Part shown: in pieces, positions 16,528 through 26,331 of the stretch | How the letters are laid out: the number at the start of each line of letters is the position of its first letter | How positions within the stretch are numbered: the first letter of the stretch is position 1 | DNA from: Anaerolineales bacterium | GTDB lineage: Bacteria; Chloroflexota; Anaerolineae; Anaerolineales; E44-bin32 | Assembly (NCBI GenBank): GCA_041302385.1 | Contig: JBFYRF010000095.1 | Location: forward strand, 1-55,653 | DNA: 55,653 nt | Direction: 5' to 3' | Notes under the pieces: model-generated | Database searches by the model: none | What the model saw: the letters and a program-made list of their open reading frames with translations, nothing else | What the model was told of the DNA's origin: nothing | Program-made: the position numbers and the translations under genes

Positions 16528-16777
16528 GCAATCGACGGCCTCACCCGGGACCGAACGGAATGCCAGTCGGCGCGGTCCTATGGCGCGGGGTCCATTCCAT
16601 CAGGACGACCGCCGATACGAGGGCGCCCGATGGTCCCCCATGGGGAAAGCCGCCTTTGGCGTGATCGGTCGCTGTCAATCTGGCGAGTGCGGGCGCCTTG
16701 GCGGACGGTGACGGCTGGGGGGCCATCCCCGTACTCGCTCCAAGCGCCGTCCTTCGGGGCTTGGGCGGCCGGTTGCG

Positions 16778-19030
16778 CTAGGCGCCAAGCGGCTCCGCCT
16801 TGGCAATCCGGCACAGAGCGGTGCGCAGCGGGTACGACCCCAGCTCGGGATTGCAGTGTTCCGGGTCATCGCTCAGGCAGACGTTGATGTTCGATTCAAA
16901 GGCGCCATGCAACGACGGTTCCGCGCCGGGCATCTCCGGATACCACCAGCCATGTTCTGCATCGATGATCTGGGGGTCCATCTTGTCGAAGAGCTGGACC
17001 CTTTGACGGATCCGCCCGCGCTTGGTTTCAATCCAGATCCAGTCGCCTTCGCTGATCCCCTCGGCGTGCGCCGTCTGAGGGTGAACCCGGACGATGGGGT
17101 CGGGATGGTGCTTGCGCACGGACTCAACCTGTCGCCACTCGGAATGGTAGTAGTACAAGATCCTTCGGCCGTCAATGAGCGTGTAGGGATACTGCCGCGC
17201 CAGCTCGGGGTCCCCTTGCGGGCTCTCCGGGGGGACAAGGTACTTGGGCAGGGGGTCGTAGCCCAAGGCCTCCAGCACGGTGGAGCGTAGTTCCACCTTG
17301 CCTGTCGTTGTGGCAAACCCCTGCTTCTCATACTTCTTCTCGACCACAGGGCGAAGGATGATCCTTGGGAACGTCTTAAGCGTGTAGCCCAGCGGCGCAA
17401 GCCGGTAGTCGAGCGCCTCCTCCAGCGTCTCCCATGGCCAGTCTGCTTCCTGACCGAGTCGGATGCCGAGTTCGCGCCAGATGTCGTAATCCCGGTAATG
17501 TGCATAGGCGCCGGGCAGGATGTGCGGCAAGACAGCCTGGCGCGCCCAGATGTAGCTGCCATAGTCGCTGAAGGACCACACGTCAGGCCGTTCAAGCCAG
17601 GTTGCGGCCGGAAGCACATAGTCGGCCAGCTCGGCGCTGGGAGTCATGAAGAACTCATTGACCACGTACAGCTGCAGGTTGGGGCTCTTCAAGGCCTCGT
17701 AGACGGACTGGGTCGCGATTTCAGTCACCATTGGATTGCTGTGCGTCGTGAACAGAGCCGTGATCGGGTAGGGATCGCCGGTGATGATCGTGCGATAGGC
17801 GCTCGGAGTATGGCACTGACACTGGTGGAACATCTCGTTGACCGGAGCGCCCCAGACTCGGGTGATGTTCCGCATGAGCATGATCTGTGTGTCATAGCTG
17901 GACAAGCGAAACCTCTGCGCCCCGATCATCTTTTGCCATTGGGACTCGGGCAGCCTGTCCCACAGCTCCATATCCCGCGTGGGCACGAAGCCTGGAGGTC
18001 CCATCTGGATCTCGCCGCCTTTGACGTCCAGGTTCCCACAGATGGCCGAGAGGATCCATCGGGCGTGGAGGGCCTGTGTAGAAGAGAAGGAATGCTCCAG
18101 CCCCATGCCTTCGATGCAGCATGCCGGCCCATTCCTTGCGTAGAGGCGCGCCGCCTGCTGCACCAGGTGTGGCGTCAGTCCCGTGATCTCCGAGACCCGC
18201 AACAGTGGATACTCCTTCAGCCGTTCAACCAGGCTGTCGAAGCCGTAGCACCATCGGTCGACGAAGTCCTTGTCGTAGAGTCCCTCATCCACCACAACGC
18301 CGATCATGCCCAGGAGAAGGGCGGAGTCGGTGCCGGGGTGCAGCGGCAGCCACAGGTCAGCCATGGCCGCCGATTTCGTTTGGCACGGATCCACCACGAT
18401 CAGCTTCGCGCCGCGTTGCCTGGCTTCTAACAGAGCCTTGGCGACCATCGGTCTGGCGGTCAACGGCTCCGCCCCCAGCAGGAGCACGCAGTTGGCGTCC
18501 TTGCTCAGCGCGTAGTTCGGGAACATTCCGGTGATCGCATCGGCGACAATGGACCGCGGGCCAAAGCAGATCCGCTCCTGTCCGAGCAGGTTCGGAGAGC
18601 CGAACAGGTTGAAGAAGCGAGCGCGGTACTCGTCGTGCGTACGGGCCGTGCCGCCCGAGGCTGCCAGCGTCTCAGGACCGTAGCAATCCCGGAGCGTCTC
18701 AAGCTTTCCGGCGATTTCGTCCAGCGCCTCGGACCACTCGAGCCTCTGCCACCTGCCTTCGCCACGCTCTCCCGCGCGCTTCATCGGATAGTTAACCCGC
18801 CCGGGATGATAGATGTACTCGGCGGCGGCCTTGCGTCGGACACACCCGGCTCTGGGGGGGTGACAATCGATCGGCCACTCCGGGTCTTCTTCGAGTTTGA
18901 GCAGCCTGCCTTCTCTGACGTGCGCCAGCAACCCGCACTCTGCCTTGCACCAGAAGCAGACGGTGGGTCTCACTTGGGGTGCTGTGCCGATGTCGGTTTC
19001 ATTGTGCGGTACGTGTCGCGGATTTCCCAT
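16778..19030 (-). CDS. molybdopterin (bis-MGD) oxidoreductase catalytic subunit, cytoplasmic, substrate unknown
   Basis: N-terminal FeS motif CFWCKAECG...C, an MGD-binding domain order similar to the acetylene-hydratase/thiosulfate-reductase branch, and no Tat signal. 750 aa. Confidence 0.85.
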   Translation of the reverse strand: MGNPRHVPHNETDIGTAPQVRPTVCFWCKAECGLLAHVREGRLLKLEEDPEWPIDCHPPRAGCVRRKAAAEYIYHPGRVNYPMKRAGERGEGRWQRLEWSEALDEIAGKLETLRDCYGPETLAASGGTARTHDEYRARFFNLFGSPNLLGQERICFGPRSIVADAITGMFPNYALSKDANCVLLLGAEPLTARPMVAKALLEARQRGAKLIVVDPCQTKSAAMADLWLPLHPGTDSALLLGMIGVVVDEGLYDKDFVDRWCYGFDSLVERLKEYPLLRVSEITGLTPHLVQQAARLYARNGPACCIEGMGLEHSFSSTQALHARWILSAICGNLDVKGGEIQMGPPGFVPTRDMELWDRLPESQWQKMIGAQRFRLSSYDTQIMLMRNITRVWGAPVNEMFHQCQCHTPSAYRTIITGDPYPITALFTTHSNPMVTEIATQSVYEALKSPNLQLYVVNEFFMTPSAELADYVLPAATWLERPDVWSFSDYGSYIWARQAVLPHILPGAYAHYRDYDIWRELGIRLGQEADWPWETLEEALDYRLAPLGYTLKTFPRIILRPVVEKKYEKQGFATTTGKVELRSTVLEALGYDPLPKYLVPPESPQGDPELARQYPYTLIDGRRILYYYHSEWRQVESVRKHHPDPIVRVHPQTAHAEGISEGDWIWIETKRGRIRQRVQLFDKMDPQIIDAEHGWWYPEMPGAEPSLHGAFESNINVCLSDDPEHCNPELGSYPLRTALCRIAKAEPLGA

Positions 19031-19034
19031 TCAA

Positions 19035-19062
19035 GTCTCCATCCATCAGGATCGGGAGAGAC
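19035..19062 (-). promoter_or_regulatory. hairpin pairing the GGAG Shine-Dalgarno of the molybdoenzyme gene
   Basis: Minus-strand GUCUCU...(16 nt)...GGAGAC. The GGAG lies 6 nt before the AUG and is base-paired in the 3' arm. Confidence 0.3.
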
Positions 19063-19751
19063 GCGGCCAAGATTCTTCGCGCGAAGCATGCATGCGAGTC
19101 TTAGCACAGAGCGGGGGAATCGACGAGTCAAGATCGCGGGGAGGAGATCGGGGTGGCCCCCGGGTTGTTCCTGCACCTGAGGCCAAGCCTCGGAGTGTTG
19201 GCCGACCGCAGGGACCACCCGGGGCGCGTGTGCCATCGAGACGATTCCTGTTCTTGGTCCAGCTACCAGAGAGCTGGGGATGCTGGTCAGTGTGAGGCGT
19301 GCGTCTCTGCATCGGGAGAACTGCCCCCGGATGCGCCGACAGCCTTCGCGCAATCGGCGGGAGGCCGTGCCGGGAAGGAGCTCGGCTCTCGTCCCGTCGT
19401 GAACTCGCGATCGGGAATCGCGTCGCCGATGGCGGGTCCAGCCATTTCGGTATGTCTCAGGTATCTCCCGAACTGGATCCTGGTGGACCACGTCACGGAT
19501 GATGCTGGCACTTCGAGGGTGGAGCGAGGGGAAGTCCTGGGCTCGCCTGGAGCCTTCGAGCGGGGGCGTCGTAGGCGGACGGGGGAGCGAACTCCGACCC
19601 TCCGATCCGATCAGGCCCCGCGCCCGAATCCCAAGGATCGGTTGCCCAGCTCAGACCGGTCCGCCGATGCGCCGAGGGTAGGGGGGCGTTCCTCGGGCGT
19701 CGACCCAAGCGCCGGTGATGGGACCAGTTCGGACCGCATCAGTCTTGGTTA

Positions 19752-19781
19752 TTGACAGGCGGCCCGAAGTCGGGGTATCCT
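19752..19781 (+). promoter_or_regulatory. candidate promoter TTGACA-18 nt-TATCCT for the nitroreductase operon
   Basis: TTGACA at 19752-19757 and TATCCT at 19776-19781. This leaves a leader of about 170 nt that includes a GUCCG-GAAA-CGGAC hairpin. Confidence 0.4.
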
Positions 19782-19958
19782 TCGATTGTATCATCTTATG
19801 AGCCTTCGTTTCATGGATTGAAACTCGCGCTGCCGCAGGTGCGCAAGGTCGGGCGCCTGAGGTCTCGTGCCTGACATGGCGCTGCGTCCGGAAACGGACG
19901 GCGAAGGCGGAACCCCACCTGGGGATTCCGAACATGTAAAGGGGAGGGGAGGCAGAGG

Positions 19959-20633
19959 ATGTCAGAGATGTTCACGCTGGCCGATGCCGCGCTGAAGGTG
20001 ATTCAGGATCGCCGCAGCATCCGCGAGTACACCGACGAGCCAGTGTCCGAACAGGACCTCGACCGGATCCTGGAGGCGGCGCGGCAGGCTCCCTCGGGGG
20101 AGAACGCCCAACCCTGGCGCTATGTCATTGTCAAAGATGCGGAGACGCGCAAGAAACTCGGCGCGATCGCTGGCGGGGGGAGTGGGAGGCGCTTCACGGC
20201 GGAGTTTGTCACCAAGAAGATGCAGGAACGCTTCACCGGGTTACAGGACGAGGCCAAGAAGCGCGCCGCCTTCGAGAAGCTGACCTCAGGTCAGGTGTCG
20301 ACCTTCCTGGCAGGCGCACCGGTCAACATTCTGGTGTGCGGGAAGAAAGATGTCTGGGACCTTCCCTACGATACCTCGGCGGCGATCGAGAACATCCTGC
20401 TGATGGTGACCGCCCTGGGGCTTGGCGCCTGCTGGGTGATTGCCCCCTGCATCGATATTCGCGATGAGGAGCGGATCAAGACGCTGCTCGGATTGCCGGA
20501 GGAATTCAAGGCGGTGAGCATCATTGCCATCGGCCATCCGACCCGGCCCCACCGGCCGCGACCACGCCTCCCGATCCACGAACTGGTCTTCCGGGAGACG
20601 TGGGGCGAAGCCTACTACAAGGAACCGGCATGA
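19959..20633 (+). CDS. nitroreductase-family flavoprotein
   Basis: RRSIREYTDEPV...ILEAARQAPSGENAQPWRYVIV is the classic nitroreductase N-terminal signature. GGGGAGGGGAGG SD. Confidence 0.85.
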   Translation: MSEMFTLADAALKVIQDRRSIREYTDEPVSEQDLDRILEAARQAPSGENAQPWRYVIVKDAETRKKLGAIAGGGSGRRFTAEFVTKKMQERFTGLQDEAKKRAAFEKLTSGQVSTFLAGAPVNILVCGKKDVWDLPYDTSAAIENILLMVTALGLGACWVIAPCIDIRDEERIKTLLGLPEEFKAVSIIAIGHPTRPHRPRPRLPIHELVFRETWGEAYYKEPA

Positions 20634-21094
20634 GCGACAAGACGCTTCCCCTCAGCTACTCGAACAACCTGATCTTCGAGCTGGAGAAGGCTTTCTACGA
20701 CGAGCGGGGGAAGGGTGCCCGCTTCCGGGTGACCACGGTCGGCCAACGCTACTTCCGGGAGCGCTGCCTCCCCAAGCTTGCCTCGTCTGAGATCAGCGAC
20801 ATCCTGGGGACCGTCGGCAGCCTGTTGAAGGCCGATGGGATCGCCGCCGAGGTCAGCTGGGTCAATGAGGAGCGCCTGCTGCGCGTGCGCGTGGAGGGCT
20901 GTGTGCATCGCCCGGTTGAGGAGGCCATGCTGGCGCACGGAGTCGAGCCGTTCACCTGCATTCCGGCGAACCTGATGGTGCTGGCGATTGAGGAGAAGCT
21001 GGATCGGCCGGTGGAACTGGCCGAGATCAAGCTTGAAGAAGGCGGCTGCGCGCTGCTGCTGGTTGTGTTCGACCAACGGCCCACATTGGGCTAG
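20630..21094 (+). CDS. small Cys-containing protein, tentatively V4R/hydrocarbon-binding-like
   Basis: 154 aa. ATGA overlap with the nitroreductase stop. The pattern VEGCVHRP...FTCIP...EEGGCALLLVVF resembles V4R small-molecule-binding domains. Assignment is weak. Confidence 0.45.
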   Translation: MSDKTLPLSYSNNLIFELEKAFYDERGKGARFRVTTVGQRYFRERCLPKLASSEISDILGTVGSLLKADGIAAEVSWVNEERLLRVRVEGCVHRPVEEAMLAHGVEPFTCIPANLMVLAIEEKLDRPVELAEIKLEEGGCALLLVVFDQRPTLG

Positions 21095-21102
21095 GAGGGG
21101 CG

Positions 21103-22002
21103 ATGACAAAGCTGGTCACGCTGTCGGAGGCCGTCGCCTCGATCCCCTCCGGCTCGCACGTCTCCCTGTCGGGTTTCGCCATTACCCGATGCAACATGGC
21201 CTTCGCCCGCGAGATGATCCGTCAGCAGATCAACCACCTGACGGTCTCCCAATGTGTGGGAGCGATGGACGCCGACCTGCTGGTCGGCGCCGGTGCGGTG
21301 GACCGGATCATCTACGGCGGTGGCTCACTCGATCGCTTTGGCCGATTGGCGTGCGTTAATCGGGGGATCGAGGACGGGAGCCTGCAGGCCGAGGAGTACA
21401 GCAGTCTGTCGATCGCCTTCCGCTATCTGGCAGGGGCATTGGGGTTGCCGTTCATCCCCATCCGCTCGCTGCGCGGATCGGATCTGTTGCGTCGCCTGGA
21501 AGAACGATCGCCGGGAGATGTGGCGATGATCGAGGATCCATTCACGCATGAAACCTGGCTGGCGCTGAAACCCCTGCTGCCGGATGTGGCCGTGGTGCAG
21601 GTGCAGGTGGCGGATGCCCAGGGCAATGCATGGATCCGTGGGCCCCGCTGGGACAACACCGAGCAGGCGCGCGCCAGCCGGCGAACCATTGTGCTGGCCG
21701 AGCAGATCGTGGAGGGGGAAGTGATCCGCCAGGATCCCGAGCGGACGGTCATCCCAGGCTTGCTGGTGTCCCACGTCGTCGAGCTTCCCTTCGGCGCCCA
21801 CCCAACCTCGGTCTATGGGGTGTATGACTACGATGCCAGGGCGATCGAAGGCTACGTCAAGGCGACGCGCGAGCCGCAGGGCATCCGGGCCTACCTCGAA
21901 GAGTATGTCTTCGGCCTGAAGGACCATCCGGCCTACCTGGACAAGATCGGCGGGCAGGCCCGTCTGGCGGATCTCGCCGCTGACCCGGTGCTCGGGTACT
22001 GA
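21103..22002 (+). CDS. family I CoA-transferase, subunit A (glutaconate CoA-transferase GctA-like)
   Basis: KLVTLSEAVASIPSGSHVSLSGF..., ..IIYGGGSLDRF.., and PDVAVVQVQVADAQGN fit the GctA/AtoD-like pattern. GGAGG SD. Confidence 0.75.
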   Translation: MTKLVTLSEAVASIPSGSHVSLSGFAITRCNMAFAREMIRQQINHLTVSQCVGAMDADLLVGAGAVDRIIYGGGSLDRFGRLACVNRGIEDGSLQAEEYSSLSIAFRYLAGALGLPFIPIRSLRGSDLLRRLEERSPGDVAMIEDPFTHETWLALKPLLPDVAVVQVQVADAQGNAWIRGPRWDNTEQARASRRTIVLAEQIVEGEVIRQDPERTVIPGLLVSHVVELPFGAHPTSVYGVYDYDARAIEGYVKATREPQGIRAYLEEYVFGLKDHPAYLDKIGGQARLADLAADPVLGY

Positions 22003-22017
22003 GGAGGGGTGATCGCC

Positions 22018-22782
22018 ATGGGATTGGACTATTCCCCGTCGGAACTGATGGCGGTCGCAGGCGCCCGCGAGATCAGGAATGGAGAGGTCGTGGCGGTGGG
22101 CTTAGGGCTGCCAGTCGTCGCCTCCTTCCTGGCCAAGCTGACGCATGCCCCGGACATGACCATCCTGTTTGAACTGGGCGTGATCGATCCCGAGCCGAGG
22201 GACAGCGGCGTGGGATTGGCTGATCCACGCGTCTGGTATCGGGCTCGGGTGCTGAGCAGTTTTGTCGACATCCTGGGCGCAGTGCTGCACAAGGGGCGGG
22301 TCGATGTCGGCTTCCTGGGCGGGCTGGAAACGGATATGTACGGCAACCTGAACACCAGCCTGGTGGGGGACCCGCACGGCGAGTTCCGGCACATGGTGGG
22401 CAGCGGCGGCGCCAACGACATCGCCTCGTGCGCCCAGAGGACGATCATCATCATGCGCCATGAGGCGCGCAAACTTCGCCAGACCATCTCCTTTGTGACC
22501 AGCCCGGGCTTCGTCACCGGAGGGGATAGCCGGCGGCAGGCGGGTCTGCCGGGGGGGCCAAGCCGGGTGATCACCGACAAGGCGATTTTTGGGTTCGATC
22601 CTGAGTCCCGCAAGATGACGATCGTGTCCATCCATCCGGGGAATACGGTGGACGACGTCGTGGGCACGATGGGGTTCGCGCCCCTCGTTCCGGCCAGGGT
22701 CCCGTTCACCGATCCGCCGGAAGCGAGCCAGCTGAAGATGATCCGCGAGACCATCGATCCGGAGCGCATGTACATGGGGTAG
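22018..22782 (+). CDS. family I CoA-transferase, subunit B (GctB-like)
   Basis: Beta-subunit pattern with a candidate catalytic Glu in TILFELGVI and a GSGGAND loop. The ATG at 22018 is preceded by GAGGAGGGG. The ORF opens at GTG 22009. Confidence 0.75.
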   Translation: MGLDYSPSELMAVAGAREIRNGEVVAVGLGLPVVASFLAKLTHAPDMTILFELGVIDPEPRDSGVGLADPRVWYRARVLSSFVDILGAVLHKGRVDVGFLGGLETDMYGNLNTSLVGDPHGEFRHMVGSGGANDIASCAQRTIIIMRHEARKLRQTISFVTSPGFVTGGDSRRQAGLPGGPSRVITDKAIFGFDPESRKMTIVSIHPGNTVDDVVGTMGFAPLVPARVPFTDPPEASQLKMIRETIDPERMYMG

Positions 22783-22823
22783 CCCGTTGGGTGTTGGTTT
22801 GAATTCGAGTCGTGCGAGGTAGC

Positions 22824-23045
22824 ATGCCCTACATTGTGACGGATGCCTGTACCCAGTGCGGAGCCTGTGTGGCGGGCTGTGAGAGCGATGCGATCACGGA
22901 AGGCGAGACCCAGTCGCACATCGACGTCGCCATCTGTGTCGAGTGCGGGACGTGTATGCGCAACTGCCCGTTCGATGCGATAATCTACCAGACTGAATCC
23001 GAGGCGCTCGCCTCGCTGTCGCCACGAGAGACCGGGGACCCCTAG
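22824..23045 (+). CDS. 2x[4Fe-4S] ferredoxin
   Basis: CTQCGACVAGC and CVECGTCMRNCP cluster motifs. 73 aa from the ATG at 22824. Confidence 0.85.
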   Translation: MPYIVTDACTQCGACVAGCESDAITEGETQSHIDVAICVECGTCMRNCPFDAIIYQTESEALASLSPRETGDP

Positions 23046-23091
23046 CCCCGGGGCGGCGCGGGGTCAGCCCGAGATGGGGTGAAATCGCGCG

Positions 23092-23865
23092 GTGTCACAA
23101 GAGAACGGTAGCACCAATGTTCGCGCTGTAGAGCGTGCCCTCCAGATTCTGGGATGTTTCGATGACAAACACCCGGAGCGCGGGGTGTCGGAGATCGCCC
23201 AGGCCGTTGGCCTGCACAAGGCGACCACGCACCGCATCGTGACCACCCTGGTCTCGTACGGATACCTGGAGCGCGCCGAAGATGGGCAACGCTATCGGCT
23301 CGGCGTGCGGCTGGCCAACCTGGGTTTCATGGTGATGCGGCGAATGGACCTGAGGCGGGAGGCCATGCCGATCATGACCGATCTCGCCTCCCGGCTCGAT
23401 GAGACCTGCGACCTGAGCGTCTTCAACCGCGGCGAGGTGTACTTCGTCGAGGTGGTTCAGGGCAGCCGGGCGCTGACGATTGCCGCAGCCGTTGGCCGCA
23501 GCCTGCCCGTGCATGCCACCGCCAGCGGCAAAGTGCTGTTGGCTTTCTTACCCGAGGCGGCGTCAGAGATCCCCCTCGAGGGCCCACTGGTTGCACATAC
23601 CCATCGGACGATCACGCGCCCGGCCGAGTTGCACAGGCATCTGGATGTCGTCCGTTCCCAGGGGTACGCCGTCGATGATGAGGAACTCGAACTGGGCGTG
23701 CGGGCCGTCTCGGCGGCGGTGCGCGACCGAGATGGGAACGTGGTCGGCGCCCTGAGCGTCACCTGCCCCACCAGCCGCCTGCCGCTCGATCGGGTTCCGG
23801 CCATCGCAACTGAAGCTCGGCAGGCGGCTGACGCGATCTCCCGCCGGCTCGGCTGGCAAGGGTAG
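23092..23865 (+). CDS. IclR-family transcriptional regulator
   Basis: N-terminal wHTH (VERALQILGCF..VSEIAQAVGLHKATTHRIVTTL) and a C-terminal IclR effector domain (ASGKVLLAF..). Confidence 0.9.
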   Translation: MSQENGSTNVRAVERALQILGCFDDKHPERGVSEIAQAVGLHKATTHRIVTTLVSYGYLERAEDGQRYRLGVRLANLGFMVMRRMDLRREAMPIMTDLASRLDETCDLSVFNRGEVYFVEVVQGSRALTIAAAVGRSLPVHATASGKVLLAFLPEAASEIPLEGPLVAHTHRTITRPAELHRHLDVVRSQGYAVDDEELELGVRAVSAAVRDRDGNVVGALSVTCPTSRLPLDRVPAIATEARQAADAISRRLGWQG

Positions 23866-24022
23866 TCCGGGGCTCCACCCAGCGACCTGCCCGCCCGTGG
23901 TCTGCACGCGCCATCCCCATCCTGTGACCAGGTCCTAGCAGCCGACTCCGCTGATTCTCCGTTCCTGCAGGGGCCCCCTGAGTCCGCGTGGTCTCCCCAG
24001 TTGTTCCACCAGACGAAACGTA

Positions 24023-24050
24023 TTGACAACAGGTGAGACGATGCTAGACT
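24023..24050 (+). promoter_or_regulatory. promoter TTGACA-16 nt-TAGACT for the sugar-type ABC operon
   Basis: TTGACA at 24023-24028 and TAGACT at 24045-24050, about 75 nt upstream of the SBP ATG, which has a GAGGAGGA SD. Confidence 0.5.
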
Positions 24051-24125
24051 CCGAGGCGAACACGCCGGAAGTGCTCAGCCGCACAAGCGCCTGAGCTCGA
24101 CATCTGGTCTTCGAGGAGGAAGCCA

Positions 24126-25325
24126 ATGAAGAAGTCCGTAGCCCTCTTGCTCGTCATCGGTCTGGCGCTGGCATGGGCCTGCGCACCCGCAGCCACGCAA
24201 GTGGCACCGGCGGAGCCCGCCGAGCCGGCGGCGACCACCGCCCCGGCCGAACCCGCCGAACCCGCTGCGGAGAAGGGGGTCATCGCAGTCGCGCTGCCCG
24301 CACTGGACAATCCCCTGATGCTGGCGCTGAGCGACGCATTCACCAACGCCTTTGGCGCGGAATACGACGTCCAGGTATCCAGCGCCGACGGCAATCCCAA
24401 CACCCAGGCGACCCAGATCGAGAACTACACCGGCATGGCGCCCAAGATGATGTTCGTGATGGCGGTTGAGGCCAGCAGCCTGCTGCCGAAGCTCGAGGCG
24501 GCTCGTGCCGCGGGCATCCCGGTGATGGTCGTCGGCGGAGAGCCGGGGGAGTCCGGACGGGATGCGGTAATGAAGATCGACCAATTCCTCGCCGGGGAGT
24601 ACGCCGCCCTGATGGCCAAGAATTGGGTCGAGGTCAACTACCCTGACGCGCCCGAGGGCTCGATCGAGACCGCCGTGTTCACCTCGTCGCTGAACACTGA
24701 GGCGGCAGAGCGCTCCGCCGGCCTGCTGATGATCAGCGAGCCGTTCCTGAAGAACAGCAAGGCCGAGTACATCGATGCCGAGGGGACGCCGATCTCGGAT
24801 GACCAGGGCACCTACGTCGCCGGAAAGTCCGAGGCCGACCGCGTGCCGAATCCGGTCTATGTCCCGGCGGTCAAGATCGTTCAGACCCCGGCGGCTGAGA
24901 TGTTCCAGGCCGGGCAGACGACGATGCAAAACATCCTGACCACCAACCCGAATGTGAAGCTCGTCCTGGCCTATGCATCGGATGGGGGCGCAGGCGCCTC
25001 TCAGGCGATCATGGATGAGTACGCCAAGGGCGCCACCAGCGTGATCCAGGATCTGGCGAAGGTGGCGGTCTTTGGGGTTGGGATGTTCGGACCCGAGGCC
25101 GACGCCATTCTGGCCTCGTCCCAGGGCGAGGGCGTGTTCCGTGGGGCCGTGGCCTTCGGCGGCGGGGATCTCCCAGGCACCACCGTGGCCATCGCCAGCA
25201 AGATCATCAACGGCGAGGCCTTTGATGAGGTCACCTGGGATCCGCTGGCGCTGGCGACGGCCGTCAACGGCGAACTCAGTGTGGTCCCGATGCCCAACTC
25301 GGGAGTCATCCGCGGCACGCCGTAG
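24126..25325 (+). CDS. ABC transporter substrate-binding lipoprotein (periplasmic-binding-protein type I, sugar-like)
   Basis: Lipobox LALAWAC, an Ala/Pro/Glu linker (PAEPAEPAATTAPAEPAEPAAE), then an RbsB/FrcB-like fold pattern (IAVALPALDNP..). Confidence 0.8.
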   Translation: MKKSVALLLVIGLALAWACAPAATQVAPAEPAEPAATTAPAEPAEPAAEKGVIAVALPALDNPLMLALSDAFTNAFGAEYDVQVSSADGNPNTQATQIENYTGMAPKMMFVMAVEASSLLPKLEAARAAGIPVMVVGGEPGESGRDAVMKIDQFLAGEYAALMAKNWVEVNYPDAPEGSIETAVFTSSLNTEAAERSAGLLMISEPFLKNSKAEYIDAEGTPISDDQGTYVAGKSEADRVPNPVYVPAVKIVQTPAAEMFQAGQTTMQNILTTNPNVKLVLAYASDGGAGASQAIMDEYAKGATSVIQDLAKVAVFGVGMFGPEADAILASSQGEGVFRGAVAFGGGDLPGTTVAIASKIINGEAFDEVTWDPLALATAVNGELSVVPMPNSGVIRGTP

Positions 25326-25391
25326 TCCGGCGAGCCCCATGCAGGGGCGTCGGCCGCCGCCGTCAGGTACGCGGCCACGCCCGGTATCTGC

Positions 25392-25438
25392 CGAAGGGCT
25401 GGGGGCTTGAGCCCGTATAGGACTCCCCCAGCCCTTCG
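25392..25438 (+). terminator. strong hairpin (attenuator/terminator) between the SBP and ATPase genes
   Basis: 14-bp perfect stem CGAAGGGCTGGGGG/CCCCCAGCCCTTCG followed by TGTTTGG. Confidence 0.55.
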
Positions 25439-25542
25439 TGTTTGGACGAAGGGAATGCATGCTTGCGCGTGAGGGGCAGTTGAGCCACGATTCGTTTGCC
25501 TGAAGTCGGGCGGCCGATCAGACGGTCCCTTGAGGGAGCAGG

Positions 25543-26331
25543 ATGAGCTCTAACTATGTCGTCGAGATGAAGGGGATCTCCAAGAGCTTCGGTGGGGTTC
25601 AAGCGTTGCGCAAGGTCGACCTGGAGTTGCGCCGGGGCGAGATCATGGGCCTGGTCGGCGACAACGGCGCCGGCAAGTCCACCCTGATGAAGGTGCTCTC
25701 GGGCGCTCACCTGGCAGACGAGGGGGAGCTCCGCATCGACGGCGCGCCCGTCGACATTCAGACGCCCCACGACGCCTTCCGGCTGGGGATCGGCATGATC
25801 TACCAGGACCTGGCGCTGTTCAACAACCTGGATGTTGCCCGGAATATCTTCGTTGGCCGGGACCTAGCGCGCGGCCCTTGGAACGCCTTGCTGGACAAGA
25901 AGAAGATGTATGCGCGCGCCGAGGCGCTGATACGCGAGCTTCGGGTGGACATCCAGTCGCCCAAGTTGAGCGTGGCCCGCATGTCAGGCGGCCAGCGGCA
26001 GATGGTGGCGTGCGCCCGCGCCATCGCCTTTGAATCCAAGATCCTGATCATGGACGAGCCGACGGCGGCCCTCGGGGTGACGGAGGCGAGCAAGCTGCTG
26101 GCGCTGATCAAGCACCTGAAAGGGATGGGCCTGTCGATCCTGCTGATCACGCAACGCATCCCCGACATCCTGGCGATCGCCGATCGCGTCTTCGTGCTCA
26201 AGGGCGGACGGCGACAGGATGTGCTCGAGGTCGACAAGGTGACGCTGGATGATGTTGTCACGTTGATCGTCAAGGGCAAGGATGGCGCTGTCGTCGAGCC
26301 GCCGGCTGTGGAGTATCCGTCCTTTGGCTAG
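25543..26331 (+). CDS. ABC transporter ATP-binding protein (single NBD, FrcA-like sugar type)
   Basis: Walker A GDNGAGKST, signature MSGGQRQ, Walker B ILIMDEP. Confidence 0.9.
   Translation: MSSNYVVEMKGISKSFGGVQALRKVDLELRRGEIMGLVGDNGAGKSTLMKVLSGAHLADEGELRIDGAPVDIQTPHDAFRLGIGMIYQDLALFNNLDVARNIFVGRDLARGPWNALLDKKKMYARAEALIRELRVDIQSPKLSVARMSGGQRQMVACARAIAFESKILIMDEPTAALGVTEASKLLALIKHLKGMGLSILLITQRIPDILAIADRVFVLKGGRRQDVLEVDKVTLDDVVTLIVKGKDGAVVEPPAVEYPSFG

Noticed and set aside
19031-19300. Moco riboswitch upstream of the molybdoenzyme (CUCCGAGGC element)
   Set aside because: Only one short element resembles the motif. I could not assemble the conserved P1-P3 architecture, and the element lies about 160 nt from the start codon. 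It is kept only as a cmsearch suggestion.
19524-19547. GCGAGGGGAAGUCCUGGGCUCGCC, which resembles the RNase P RNA P4 strand (GAGGAAAGUCCGGGCUC)
   Set aside because: None of the other universally conserved RNase P elements (the GUAAGAGCGCACC-like P10-12 region, the ACAGAA.CCGGCUUA 3' strand) are present nearby on either strand.
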